A stretch of DNA of 64,000 bases from Dicyema japonicum (taxonomy: Eukaryota > Animalia > Dicyemida), in NCBI GenBank assembly GCA_011109175.1, contig RDEW01000016.1, forward strand, positions 108,087 through 172,086. Direction: 5' to 3'. A program made the position numbers and the translations under genes. Positions 12,501 through 22,604 of the stretch are shown here, piece by piece (position 1 is the first letter of the stretch; the number at the start of each line of letters is the position of its first letter). The notes under the pieces are model-generated. The model worked only from the letters and a program-made list of their open reading frames with translations, ran no database searches and had not been told where the DNA came from.

Positions 12501-13419
12501 CTTTCTACTATTTTCTTCCATCCAATAGTAAAGTAGACAGATTAAGAGTAAGACGGAGACATTGATATAGTAAGGTCAATCACTCAGCAACGAATAAATT
12601 TAGGCAAAAATTTTATAATTTTTAAAATTAATAAAATAATAAAATATTAGTTTAAAAATAAAAATGACAAATTTAATAAATAATTTGTTTAAAAAGTGGG
12701 AAATATAAAAATTTAAACATACCGTAAAAATCGTAGTGAGTGGAGGAGCAAACTCTTTCAGCGAAAACTTAATTTCATTCCAAAGTTCATCACAGCGACT
12801 TTCATAGCAATATCTAGAATAAGAAACTATAGTAAAGAAAATGTGCTTCAAGCAATAAATAAGGGTAAAACCTCTTGAAAATTAGATCTGTCACTGAAAA
12901 CAGATCCTTGACGCTGGTGATCGGCAAGGAATTTAACTTGGAGACAACGTAGCTCAGAAGGTCAGGCCAATTCTCCGGGTAATCGACTGCACAAATGGCA
13001 TTTATAGTCTCCATGAGCTAAATTGAGAAAAACGTGAAATACTTGTTTTTTGATTCCATCTGGGCTTATGATCAGAAGGTCGATAATCTTCGACTTGATA
13101 TCATTTTTATTTTCAGACGGGACTTTATTTCTGGAGTCATCACTCTAAGATATCCCGCCAAAATTACAAATTTGTAATATTTGGTTACATAATTTTTCAG
13201 TGTGATGGCCGCAATGTGTCTCGTGTTGTCAGAAAATGTGTTCGCCGACGTGATGTGGATTAAAATGGATCCGTACTGGGGTAAGTTTTGCTCCGCCTGT
13301 TTAATACACTCGGTCGCTAATATATTTACGCATCACTAACCATCTTGTCTGATTTTGGGGTCCACACTGCATCCATTTTCTAAATACATGGCGATTTGAT
13401 TTGCGTAATTTTGATCCAT
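9562..13419 (-). CDS. CSE1L: Exportin-2 / CSE1L (importin-alpha re-exporter), many micro-introns
   Basis: N-terminus MDQNYANQIAMYLENGCSVDPKIRQDA..AAITLKNYVTKY (IBN_N); DYPENWPDLL; DLQPYAIQIMAILIE..FFRIIKAYL; C-terminus LTSAGTSIIDPLA..LKKF..VVGYLRGIGVY*. All are collinear with CSE1L motifs. Confidence 0.88.
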
Positions 13420-13557
13420 CGATAACTAACAAAGACAATTTGATTGTGCTGCACTTTTAATATTTTTTAAATAAATAATTTATTAATTTTATCTAAATTT
13501 TTAAATATTAATAATTTAAATTGGGATGTATGTTGTTTATTTTTATTTGTAGATCTC
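13420..13557. promoter_or_regulatory. Short AT-rich divergent (head-to-head) intergenic region shared by CSE1L and MRPS12
   Basis: 138 bp between opposing ATGs; contains a probable 25-nt 5'UTR intron (gtatgttg...tgtag). Confidence 0.5.
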
Positions 13558-14250
13558 ATGTTAAAATTAGGGTCCATCGCGAAGCTTTGTTGCCGATACT
13601 TGTCAGCTCCAAATCTTCTGGCCAAGAACTTCAGTTTGAACCCGATTTCATGTGATTCACCTTCTAATCAGTTCGCATTTTACGTGTAATTTAGTACTTT
13701 GGCGAAATTTATCGGATCGGGGTCATTTTTTAAAAACTTGTCACCAGAAATTTCAAATTCGGGCAAATTGCTACATTTAAGAGTTAATCTGGCTATTTTC
13801 TCACTCCGCAATTATTCGATTTTACTGTCAACTTTCAGTCCAAGGTCACGTGACTCCAGTTACCCAAATTCTAATTTTTCCTGGCAAATTGGTGATTCTA
13901 CGCAGCGAGGTCATGCCACGCTTTCACAAATGCACAGAACGGGCCCATTAAAGAAGAGATACAAGAAACGAAGCATAATGAGAGGGAGGCCATTTTATAA
14001 GGGAATTGTTATCAGAACGCTCGTAAGAAAGCCGAAGAAGCCCAATTCGGCAAACAGAAAGTGTGTTATTGTCCGCCTTTCTGATGGTCGTACCTCTATC
14101 GCTTATGTCCCCGGTGAGAGGCATACCTTACAAGAACATGATGTGGTCCTTATAGAAGGCGGAAAGCTCAAAGACGTGGCTCACGTATGGCTCAGGGTTG
14201 TGAGAGGGAAATATGACTGTCCACACGTCAACAAGAAAAAATCTAAATGA
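13558..14250 (+). CDS. MRPS12: Nuclear-encoded mitochondrial ribosomal protein uS12m
   Basis: [52 protein letters not shown] matches animal MRPS12. An upstream ATG at 13558 joins in frame via a 24-nt intron (13671-13694). Confidence 0.93.
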
Positions 14251-14722
14251 TTTTTATTCTAACAATTAATTTTTGTTATTTAATTTTTTTTAAATATTTT
14301 AAATAATTACAATTTGTCGTGTTGTCATGTCAAGTCTAAAGTAAATAATTTTAATATATAAATTGAATTAAACTTAAATTATTCCTAGGAATGTTCTCGT
14401 CAAACTTATTAGCGCTTCTGGGACAGGACATACATTGCTGAAAATTAGATCAAAAACGATGGACAAATTGGAAATTGTGCATTTTGATCCCTGGGGTATA
14501 AAATCCATTTTTAGTATAGCACGCAAAAATTGTCTGTACAAAGAAATTGCCAAATTGCATACAATCAAGAAACGACGATGATTTTAACATTATTTAAAAT
14601 TGTTTATTTGTTAACCTCGAAAGTTTAGCTTCTTCAATTTTTGGCGGCTCTATGCCATGATCCGTAACCTGTCAAGGTCCTCCTAGTCCCTGAGGCTTCT
14701 CTCGATATCTTTAAGCTCTTTG

Positions 14723-15030
14723 TCAATGACGGTCTGTAGGGCTTTAGGGTTGGTTATCCCGGAGAGTGATCCTCGTTGCCATCCACAGATTCAGACGAGG
14801 TATATGTTCGAACAGCCTCTATCTTGCTTCCAAAATCTCGAACGAAATCACTGTGGTCCTCGTTTTATTACAAAGATCAATGACGGTCTGTAGGGTTTTA
14901 GGGTTGGTTATCCCGGAGAGTGATCCTCGTTGCCATCCACAGATTCAGATGAGGTATATGTTCGAACAGCCTCTATCTTGCTTCCAAAATCTCGAACGAA
15001 ATCACTGTGGTCCTCGTTTTATTACAAAGA
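14723..15030. repeat. 154-bp tandem duplication (2 copies) within an unresolved coding-like segment at 14370-15240
   Basis: tcaatgacggtctgtaggg... starts at 14723 and 14877; two substitutions seen between the copies. Confidence 0.9.
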
Positions 15031-15259
15031 ATTTCGGGCTAAAAAATTTGACATCCTAACTATACTTTGTATCTTGAATAGTCCTCATAAAGTTCTCTTT
15101 TTTTTCAACTCACTAGAGAGCCTCTGACATTGAACGTCATGGGGAGAAGTCTAGTCCTTGAATTCCATGTTTTCCACAAATAGTGTGAAGACCAACATTA
15201 CCACCTCAACCAAAAAAGACACCGTTATCCCAAAGAAAATTGAAATTAATTTCGTTAAA

Positions 15260-16359
15260 TAATCGTTAAATAAAAATAACCTAAAAGTTTTTATCCTTTT
15301 TTTATTTCTAGCATGACATTTTGTAATTTATCCATAATAAGTATATTTGAAGGTGAATTTTGTAGAATAAACTTTTCCATGGTCTCAATTGCACACATTG
15401 CATCAGAGAAACTAATTTTCTCTATATCTTCATCATTTTTATTTTCTTGATCTTTATCTTCCCAAGACTCAATTGTACCCAAAAATTCGTCATCATTGTT
15501 ACTGCAAATTTTATAGGTACAATTTTCATTTTCATTATCATCTGAAACCGGAGAGTCCTCCTTAATAGTAGAGTCATCATTTTTCTGTTTTGCCCAATTG
15601 TTAAATGCCTTTTCAAAGCAATTCCTCACTGTCGTTCTTGAAATATCATCCCACGCTTCAATAATCAATGGTATTGCATCAACTAGTTTGAATCTTCTGA
15701 TTTTAGTATCTTCTCTTTAATTGTATCTTCTCTTTCAGTTAACGTAATATTCCTCATCAAAAGGTTGAGATCATAAGATGACATTTTCGATTAAAAAAAG
15801 TCAGCATGGCTTCATATAAAATTATAGGATTGACTAATTGTTCGTCTCCTGATGTAGTATGAGATTTTATTCCAAATTTATTCTTAAAAAAATTAGTCCA
15901 TGTACTTGAAGCTTTAAAATTTGGAAATGAACATTTTTGTGAAATTTTTATTGCTATTTGTTGTAGCATTCCATTTGTATCGCCGAATGATCTTTTATTC
16001 TGAATCCATTCATAAAGCGGCATGTGAATTAAGGAAAACTTCGAAGAAATTTTGTAAGAATTTTTATTTTCAAAATTGGATTCATTATTGCTTAGGATTT
16101 TGTTTATTGTTCCTATTGGCATGTTGAATATTTTACTCAATTGAATTTGCGTAATATTTTATTTTTTTATATTGAAAAACTTCGAGCTTTCTTTGAAAAC
16201 TATATGTTTTTCGATTGTTTTTTGCAATTTTCTTACGTGCACACATCAGTCAAAATTCAAAAAATTGTTTTCGTTAATAATATTTTCGTTAAAAATTGAT
16301 TTTCTTAGGATTTTTAGTAATTTATAAAAAAAATTTTCGTTAAGTTAAAAAACGTACTG
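15260..16359 (-). mobile_element. Tigger/pogo-family transposon remnant: CENP-B-type HTH and C-terminus retained, DDE domain apparently deleted
   Basis: PLYEWIQNKR..QQIAIKIS..FKASSTWTNFFKNKFGIKSHTTSGD, then IIEAWDDISRTTVRNCF and ISFSDAMCAIET. A TA-CAGT terminus sits at 16359-16361 on the minus strand. Confidence 0.75.
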
Positions 16360-16364
16360 TAATT

Positions 16365-16753
16365 CCATTCGACATTGATCCTGCCATATAAAAATGGAAA
16401 TATGAGACCTATCGTGTAAAAACCTGTGGACATCAAAATTTATACTTCTTGCTGAGGAATTAGCAGAATTAGAAAAGAAAAATATTCCTCGATTTGAGAA
16501 AAAAATATATTGCAAAAAAGTGCTTGATAAACCAGAACCATTATTTTATGACTTGGCTTAGTATTCCGGATTCACATCATCAATTGAAAAATTTAGCATT
16601 TGGTGTCCTCACGATATTCGGGTCTACTTATTGTGCGAGCAAGCGTCTTCACATGAATTTGATCAAATCAAATTAAGGAGTCAAATTAATGATGAAAATT
16701 TGTAATCTTGTCAAGTTAAAATGACTCTTTGCTTAGTAGGTTGCTGACCCCTG
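16365..16753 (+). mobile_element. hAT (GTF2IRD2/SPIN-like) 3' remnant with right TIR
   Basis: WLSIPDSHHQLKNLAFGVLTIFGSTY..MNLIKS motif; ends aggttgctgacccctg followed by tgaTAggg. Confidence 0.8.
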
Positions 16754-16934
16754 TGATAGGGTATCCCGACTACCTTCAACTACGTCATTGCCCACGTTTT
16801 CCCGCCGCCAGATATGGTATTCTAATAATGTAGCATAAGCTGCTGACTCTAAAACAAATAGCTCTTGTGAAGGCTTACATCATTTTTAAAAATAGCAAAG
16901 CAGTCCAGCTTCTGCATTCAATTAGTTATTAACT

Positions 16935-17100
16935 CTTAATTTATTTTATTTATTTACCCCTCAGTTCCTTCCAGTGAAAGAAACCTGTGGCTAAAGAGAA
17001 CGTCATTGCCAAGAACGGACACTCCAGAGATCCGTCAGGTGTATTTAGCGGTGTTCAGAACTATTAGGGAGACCCGGACGAGAGAAGAGGTGGCTTGTAT
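16935..17100 (+). repeat. Dispersed repeat, reverse-complement homolog of 46260-46440; associated with a LINE remnant
   Basis: ttatttac..cagtgaaa..cagaga.c.g.caggtgtattt..gacccgga.gagagaagagg shared by both copies. Confidence 0.65.
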
Positions 17101-17785
17101 ACCTCTTAATTTGATTAATTTTTATTCATAATATTTTTGTAAATAAATTTATTTTTAAAAATGATAGTATGATTATTGTTGATGTGGACGTTATTTAGCT
17201 ATTTCAGTATTCCTCCGTTTTGAATTCATCAGCGATGTAAATACGGCGATGAATTTCCATTACCCACACATTTCAAAAAGAAATCATTATTTTAATAATT
17301 ACCATAACTTTACACACTTAATTATCAACTAGAATAGCCACGTGATCTAATAATAACAGTTATTTTTATTGTAACCATAATTGTGTATGTTGTAATACAA
17401 AAAAGCACAAAACTTCATTACTCCTTGGAGAAATGAAGAGGACAAACGAGATGTTGACACTATGCTTAAACTTTAACTAATTTGATACAATCACACGTGG
17501 ACTAGATACTGCCGGTTCACTTGGAATATTGAAAGTTTGTATAATGGAGACGGAAATAGACCCGAGGGCCTGAGTATCACTCCCCTATTAACGGAAAGAT
17601 CTCACGTGTGAAACAATCAGTAATTCTGCTATCGAAAAAGCCGATGGCGGCTACGGCAATGACCATCGGTCTCGGAAATGCCCAAATATGTTGGGAACCG
17701 ATGCACGAAGATATTAATGTTAATTATTTGTGATATTTTTTATTAATTAATTATTTAAAATTTAAATATTATAATCTTGGTGTGC

Positions 17786-18088
17786 ATGGCGAAGAAGAAA
17801 AAGAGTGCCCGTATTTTTGCGAAGAAACAAATTTTAAAGGCATTGGATAAATATTTTGACTGCCCTTTTTGTAATCACGAAAAAAGCTGCCACGTGAAAC
17901 TGTATTTTGATTTATTTACTACGCAGTGATAATGTCCGGAATGTTGGCACAATTACCTGCAATGTCTGCAAGGAGAAGTTTCAATGTATCATCAACTGTA
18001 ACACTGTTTTGAAATATCCCTAGATTTGAGTGAATCCATTGATGTCTACAATGAGTGGATAGACGCATGTGAAGCGACTAATGTGTGA
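17786..18088 (+). CDS. ELOF1: Transcription elongation factor 1 homolog (absent from the ORF track)
   Basis: Spliced (introns 17902-17926 and 17998-18023): MAKKKKSARIFAKKQILKALDKYFDCPFCNHEKSCHVKLDNVRNVGTITCNVCKEKFQCIINYLSESIDVYNEWIDACEATNV*. Confidence 0.97.
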
Positions 18089-18129
18089 TTTTTAATTATT
18101 GACTTTATGAAAAAATATTAAATAAACTG

Positions 18130-19020
18130 TTCAGAATAATTACATGTTTTCCCACGTGTCACCGTTTCCGCCTCAGCTTTCCAACTGAAACATATCCTCT
18201 TTCACTGTAGGCTGCACAGGTGGGTTCGCACTGCGTGTATCGATGGACGTGAAACTCTATACTAATCCCATGTCATCGCGTAAGGAATATATGGACTATG
18301 CATTGATGTATTATCCCAATCCGTTTACGAAAAGGAGGTACCTCCGCTTCTTCTCTACCGCCACGGTTTGCCAACGTTCATGGTTAGTAATGTCTATGAT
18401 AAATATTTGTGTATAGTACTTGAGTTCATGTTACATGGGAAAACATCGTTACTTAGTTAAATGGGGTACTGGAGACAGGTGGAAGTAGGTAAATGCTTCA
18501 GAGACCATTGAAAATGTGCGTATAACCAACAAGATTTGTAAGATGTGCTCAATGATTCAGCCCTTTTATCGCTTATGCCTCTTTCACGATAGCGATCCAA
18601 TACGGTTCAGAAGAGGTAATGATCCTCGTTGAGGTTCTCGACCTTTTCCAAAACTGATTCTTGGTGTTTTGCCGTCAGTGGAACGTTGGATGGGGACAGC
18701 TACCCAAATAGGTTTAGTTCCAGGTGAGGTAACCACCGCTACTCTTGGAAAAACAGTTTTTCAAGTTTCACAGGGATCACAGTAAATATTTAACCAATTA
18801 AATTTGTCCAGTTTCCTTGGTCGCAGAAATAGAAACCTTCCAATGTCACACCCTAGTCCATCCAAACCAGCGGTGATGGGAGAAAAGATTCAGTCTTTGT
18901 AGTTGTGGGCAGCACTCCAATAGTGTGCGGAGAGCCAATGTTTTTTCGTATCACCGTGGCACTGGGAGCTACCTGAGACAAACGGTTCACATGAACGAGA
19001 AAAGATAGGAACTTAAACCA
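18130..19020 (-). mobile_element. Highly decayed LINE RT fragment
   Basis: Broken frames resemble the post-YADD RT region (DKRAESLSTSYKS..YAHFQWS). Confidence 0.35.
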
Positions 19021-20232
19021 TCGACTAAAACCAGAAGGGGAATCAAACCCAAAACTATGTTTATAGTTCGAATTTATAGAAACAGCAAAACCTAAAAATG
19101 TTAAGTGTTTGTAATAAAATAATTCAGAAAATTCATTTCCTCTTAAAAGTGGCCATTGGATAATGAAAAATACCGAAATGAGTTATTCTAGTAACAGATT
19201 TATTAAATAACCACGAATTTATCGGAAAGAGGTTGAGAGTTAATTAACACTTAATTAAAGTACATCCAGTACAAATGGTTGGAGTGATACCTCCTTTCAA
19301 GTCACAAGGTCGAATCGACCCCCAGGGGTCTAAAATCAATCCAGATCGATCGTAAGGGGGTCGAAAATGAAATATTTGGAAAATAAATTTAATATATTTA
19401 ATTTTTTTCATTTTGAATTAAGTTAGTTTATTTTTAAAGTGGTAAACCTTAGTTCTTTAAAATTTTTAAAATTACCATGCTTGTTTTTGTTCGTATAGTC
19501 GTCCTTCTAAATTAAAAATTCGTCAATATAAAAATGAATATTTGGCATTCGTATTTATAAAAAAATTCTTTTGATGATAGACCATATTGCTTACTGTGTA
19601 ACAAGTCATTATCAAATGATGCAATGAAACCGTCCAAATTGTGGATCATCTAAGGAGGAAACATTCGGATAAAAAAGATAAACCATTAGAGTATTTTGAA
19701 GAATTAAATGATTCTTTTCGTAAACAAAAAACTATTGACACTGTTTTTACAAAAAGTAATGAAAGAAACAATAGTTGTTGTTATTTTAAATTATATTTAG
19801 GAGGACTAATTGTATCCTATAAAATTGCAATGATTATTGCCAAAATGAGAGTCCCCATGTTTCTGGTGAAAATTTCATCAAACCATCTATATCAGTGATT
19901 CTATCAGATCTGGTAGGTCCCGACGAAATTTTAAAATCCGTACCAATTAGCAATGGTTCAATTCGACGCAGGATTGACGAAATGTCAGATAATGTTGAAC
20001 ATATTTAATGTGAAAGGCTTAAAAATACTATTTTTTCGCTTCAAATTGATGAAAGTCATATATGTGACAACCAATCAATTCTAATGGGATTTGTCAGGTT
20101 AATCTTATTAGAAGGTTACCCTTTAAGATATTTTGACGATCATGCTCTTCTTACAGAAGATTTATTATTCGTCAAATATTTGGAAACTGATACGACTGGA
20201 TTTTTTATTTTTTCCGCTGTCAAATTACTTTT

Positions 20233-20436
20233 AAAAAAAACCCCACTCCTCTTCAAACTCTAATGAAGGATGATCGTCGTCTATTCACGACGTCTATTCA
20301 AATATATTCAAGAAAGCCGTGGATACTCTGGAGGAACATAAGAAAACCCTCTCGATCCTGTTGAGGCGTACCGGGATCACTTAATTAGTTGGTTTACTCA
20401 TTCTTTCTTGGTGTTCCCTTTTCGGGGTTATTAAAT
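20233..20436 (+). mobile_element. ~200-bp retroposon insertion (LINE-3'/SINE-like); second copy at ~33271-33460
   Basis: Interrupts the transposase; flanked by aaattactttt (20222-20232) and aaattattttt (20437-20447); taaataaat tail. Confidence 0.75.
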
Positions 20437-20889
20437 AAATTATTTTTGGATGACTAGAACATTCCATATGAAAATTTGGTTTCTTGTGCACAGATGGTGC
20501 AATGTCTATGGTTGGAAAAAATAAAGGATTTGCGGCATATCTGAAAAAAATATGTCCAAATGTGATTCATATACATTGCGTTCTACATAGACAACATTTG
20601 GTTTCAAAAACTTTCGATAATTCTACATGAAAAGATAAATATAGTTATTAAAACCATAAACAAAATTAAAGCAAAGAGCAAGTATGATCGTCTTTTTAGA
20701 AAATTTTGTTATGAGACTAAAGAAACATATGCCCGTCTTGTGCTTCACACTGAGGTTATAGTTTCCAATTTTATTTTATAGGTACGATGGTTATCAAAGG
20801 GAAATGTATTAGAACGACTTTCAATATTATTTGACACAATCGTAAATTTTCTTACTTCTGAGGGTAATAAAAATTTAGCAGATTTAATT

Positions 20890-21103
20890 TTTTTTCTTTT
20901 TTTTAACAAAAAAAATTTTTGTAACAATTAAACAAATGTCAGTTGAGGAAGCCTGCTGCGTGGATTGCGAACGAGTTCCCTCGGAGTATGGCTATTCCAA
21001 TCTTTTGTCTTAGCCATAACCCTTCTCGTTGATCCCTTTTCTTTCTGGCAAGCAATCCTCCGAGTTCTTGCAAGAATTCAGCCGTCATTGGACCAACGGC
21101 TCA
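20890..21103 (-). mobile_element. 5'-truncated CRE-like retrotransposon 3' end with A-rich tail
   Basis: Minus frame FLQELGGLLARKKRDQREGLWLRQKIGIAILRGNS matches the C-terminus at 31190-31310; target-site duplication (TSD) agatttaatt at 20880-20889 and 21104-21113. Confidence 0.85.
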
Positions 21104-22005
21104 AGATTTAATTGTTTCGAAAAAAAGAAATTGTTTATTTGACTTGGATTTTTGGAAAATTTAATGAAATTTCATTAGAACTTCAGGGAAGGTATGTGAC
21201 GTTAATAGATCGCAAAAGAATTATTCAAATATTTATCGAAAAAATTAAGTTACATAAATATAACTTGGAAAAAAGAAATTATTATAACATTTCACTCAAT
21301 TGGTAAAACATTTAATGAAGATATTAACAACTTTTTGCAACATTTATTAAGTATAGAAAAAGATTTGATTCTTCGATTCCAAGATATTCTTGAATTAGAA
21401 ATTCCATCTTGGATGATTAATCCGTTTTTGTCAAAGCCAGAAGAACAAAAAGAAAATATTCAAGAGGAATTAATTATGTTAAAATTCAATCCAGAATTAA
21501 AACTATTATAGTGATTCATAATCACTGTTATTTTTTGGCAAAATATGAAAGTGAGAGTTATCCAAAATTGTGGACAGAAATAGAACAATTGCTACTCTAT
21601 TTTCCGACATCATACTGTGTTGAATGCGGATTTAGCATTCTACATCTAATTGTAAATGAAGAACGAAATAGATTGGATGTGTCCATTAGAGGAGATATTC
21701 GTTTAAAAATAACACAAATAGAGCCAGATATCGAATCTTTGGTCAAAAAACTCCAGTCACAGGGATCCCATTGGTATTTAATTCTTTTTTTATTATTGAT
21801 TTATGCTAAGATACCAACTTAACATCGAATATAAAATTTTTTTGTTCGATTTGATTATTAACAACGAATTCATTTTAGATAGTTAACTAATTTTACTTAG
21901 AATTGTCTGTTCTAAATAAAAAAGTTTTAAGGGGTCAATTAAATATTAGGGGGGTCGAAAAAAAAGTCAAGGGGTCGACGAGTAAAAAAAGGTTGAGAAC
22001 CCCTG

Positions 22006-22114
22006 CTCTAATACATCCAAATCCATTCTCTAATACACCCTAATCCACTCTCTAATATTCCTTAACTCCTTCTCAAATAGACCCTAATCCATTCTTTAAT
22101 TCACCCTAATTAAT
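22006..22114. repeat. Degenerate 22-bp tandem repeat (~5 units, ctctaatacaccctaatccatt)
   Basis: Units visible at 22-bp spacing immediately after the hAT right TIR. Confidence 0.75.
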
Positions 22115-22120
22115 CTGAAA

Positions 22121-22310
22121 ATCGGGGACCGATGTCATGGTCTCCCTTTTTTGTCCCATACTACGTCGAACATGTTTTTGGACGAAATTAAAAAATTTTG
22201 TTTTTCCTTTAAAAATCAGAGACCGATGTCAAGGTCTTCCTTTTTTGTCCCATACTACGTCGAACATGTTTTTGGACGAAATTAAAAATTTCGTTTTTCT
22301 CCGAAAAAAG
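22121..22310. repeat. 94-bp tandem duplication
   Basis: atc.g.gaccgatgtca..tttttgtcccatactacgtcgaacatgtttttggacgaaattaaaa at 22121 and 22215. Confidence 0.85.
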
Positions 22311-22604
22311 CCGGTAACCATTGAAGATAATGGTCGGAGAAATTGCTGCCGCTGAGCTAGACTTAATTCCTACTTCTAATAATTCTGTGAACAGACGCAT
22401 CAAGGATATGGCTGATGACATGGAAAACACTTTGGTTCTGCGAATAAAAAAATCTGTGTTTTTTGCGCTTCAAGTGGATGAAAGCTCAGATAATATTGGA
22501 AGAATGCAACTTTTTGTTTTCTTTCGATATATGAACGATGAATCCATTGTTTAAGATTTTCTGGTTCTTTTTCAACACATGCTTCACGAAAAAAGGCTCT
22601 AAAT

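Larger units (their letters stand above)
19305..22005 (+). mobile_element. hAT (Buster/ZBED8-like) transposon, inactivated; transposase contains 3 micro-introns and 2 retro-insertions
   Basis: BED-finger region (CLLCNKSLSNDAMKPSKLWII/DHLRRKH), LQIDES, TDGAMSM, HTE|VRWLSKG, FPTSYCVECGFS. Right TIR aggttgagaacccctg ends at 22005; ggggtcga subterminal motifs at both ends; left TIR not seen. Confidence 0.9.

Noticed and set aside
13699-14250. Bacterial or organellar rpsL (contamination or HGT)
   Set aside because: The ATLxQMHR leader and GKYDC ending are animal MRPS12 features, and the gene has a host-type intron.
14600-14760. In-frame TAG/TAA in protein-like text, suggesting stop-codon reassignment (ciliate-type code)
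   Set aside because: Well-supported genes here (IMPDH, ELOF1, cathepsin, CSE1L) need no readthrough and end in TAA, TGA or TAG.
17600-17700. snRNA/SRP/RNase P gene
   Set aside because: No match to the remembered conserved motifs of U1/U2/U4/U5/U6, SRP or RNase P/MRP; only a short stem is present.
22006-22310. CRISPR-like or telomeric array
   Set aside because: These are plain tandem repeats without unique spacers; ccctaa occurs only sporadically within a 22-bp unit, and the context is eukaryotic.
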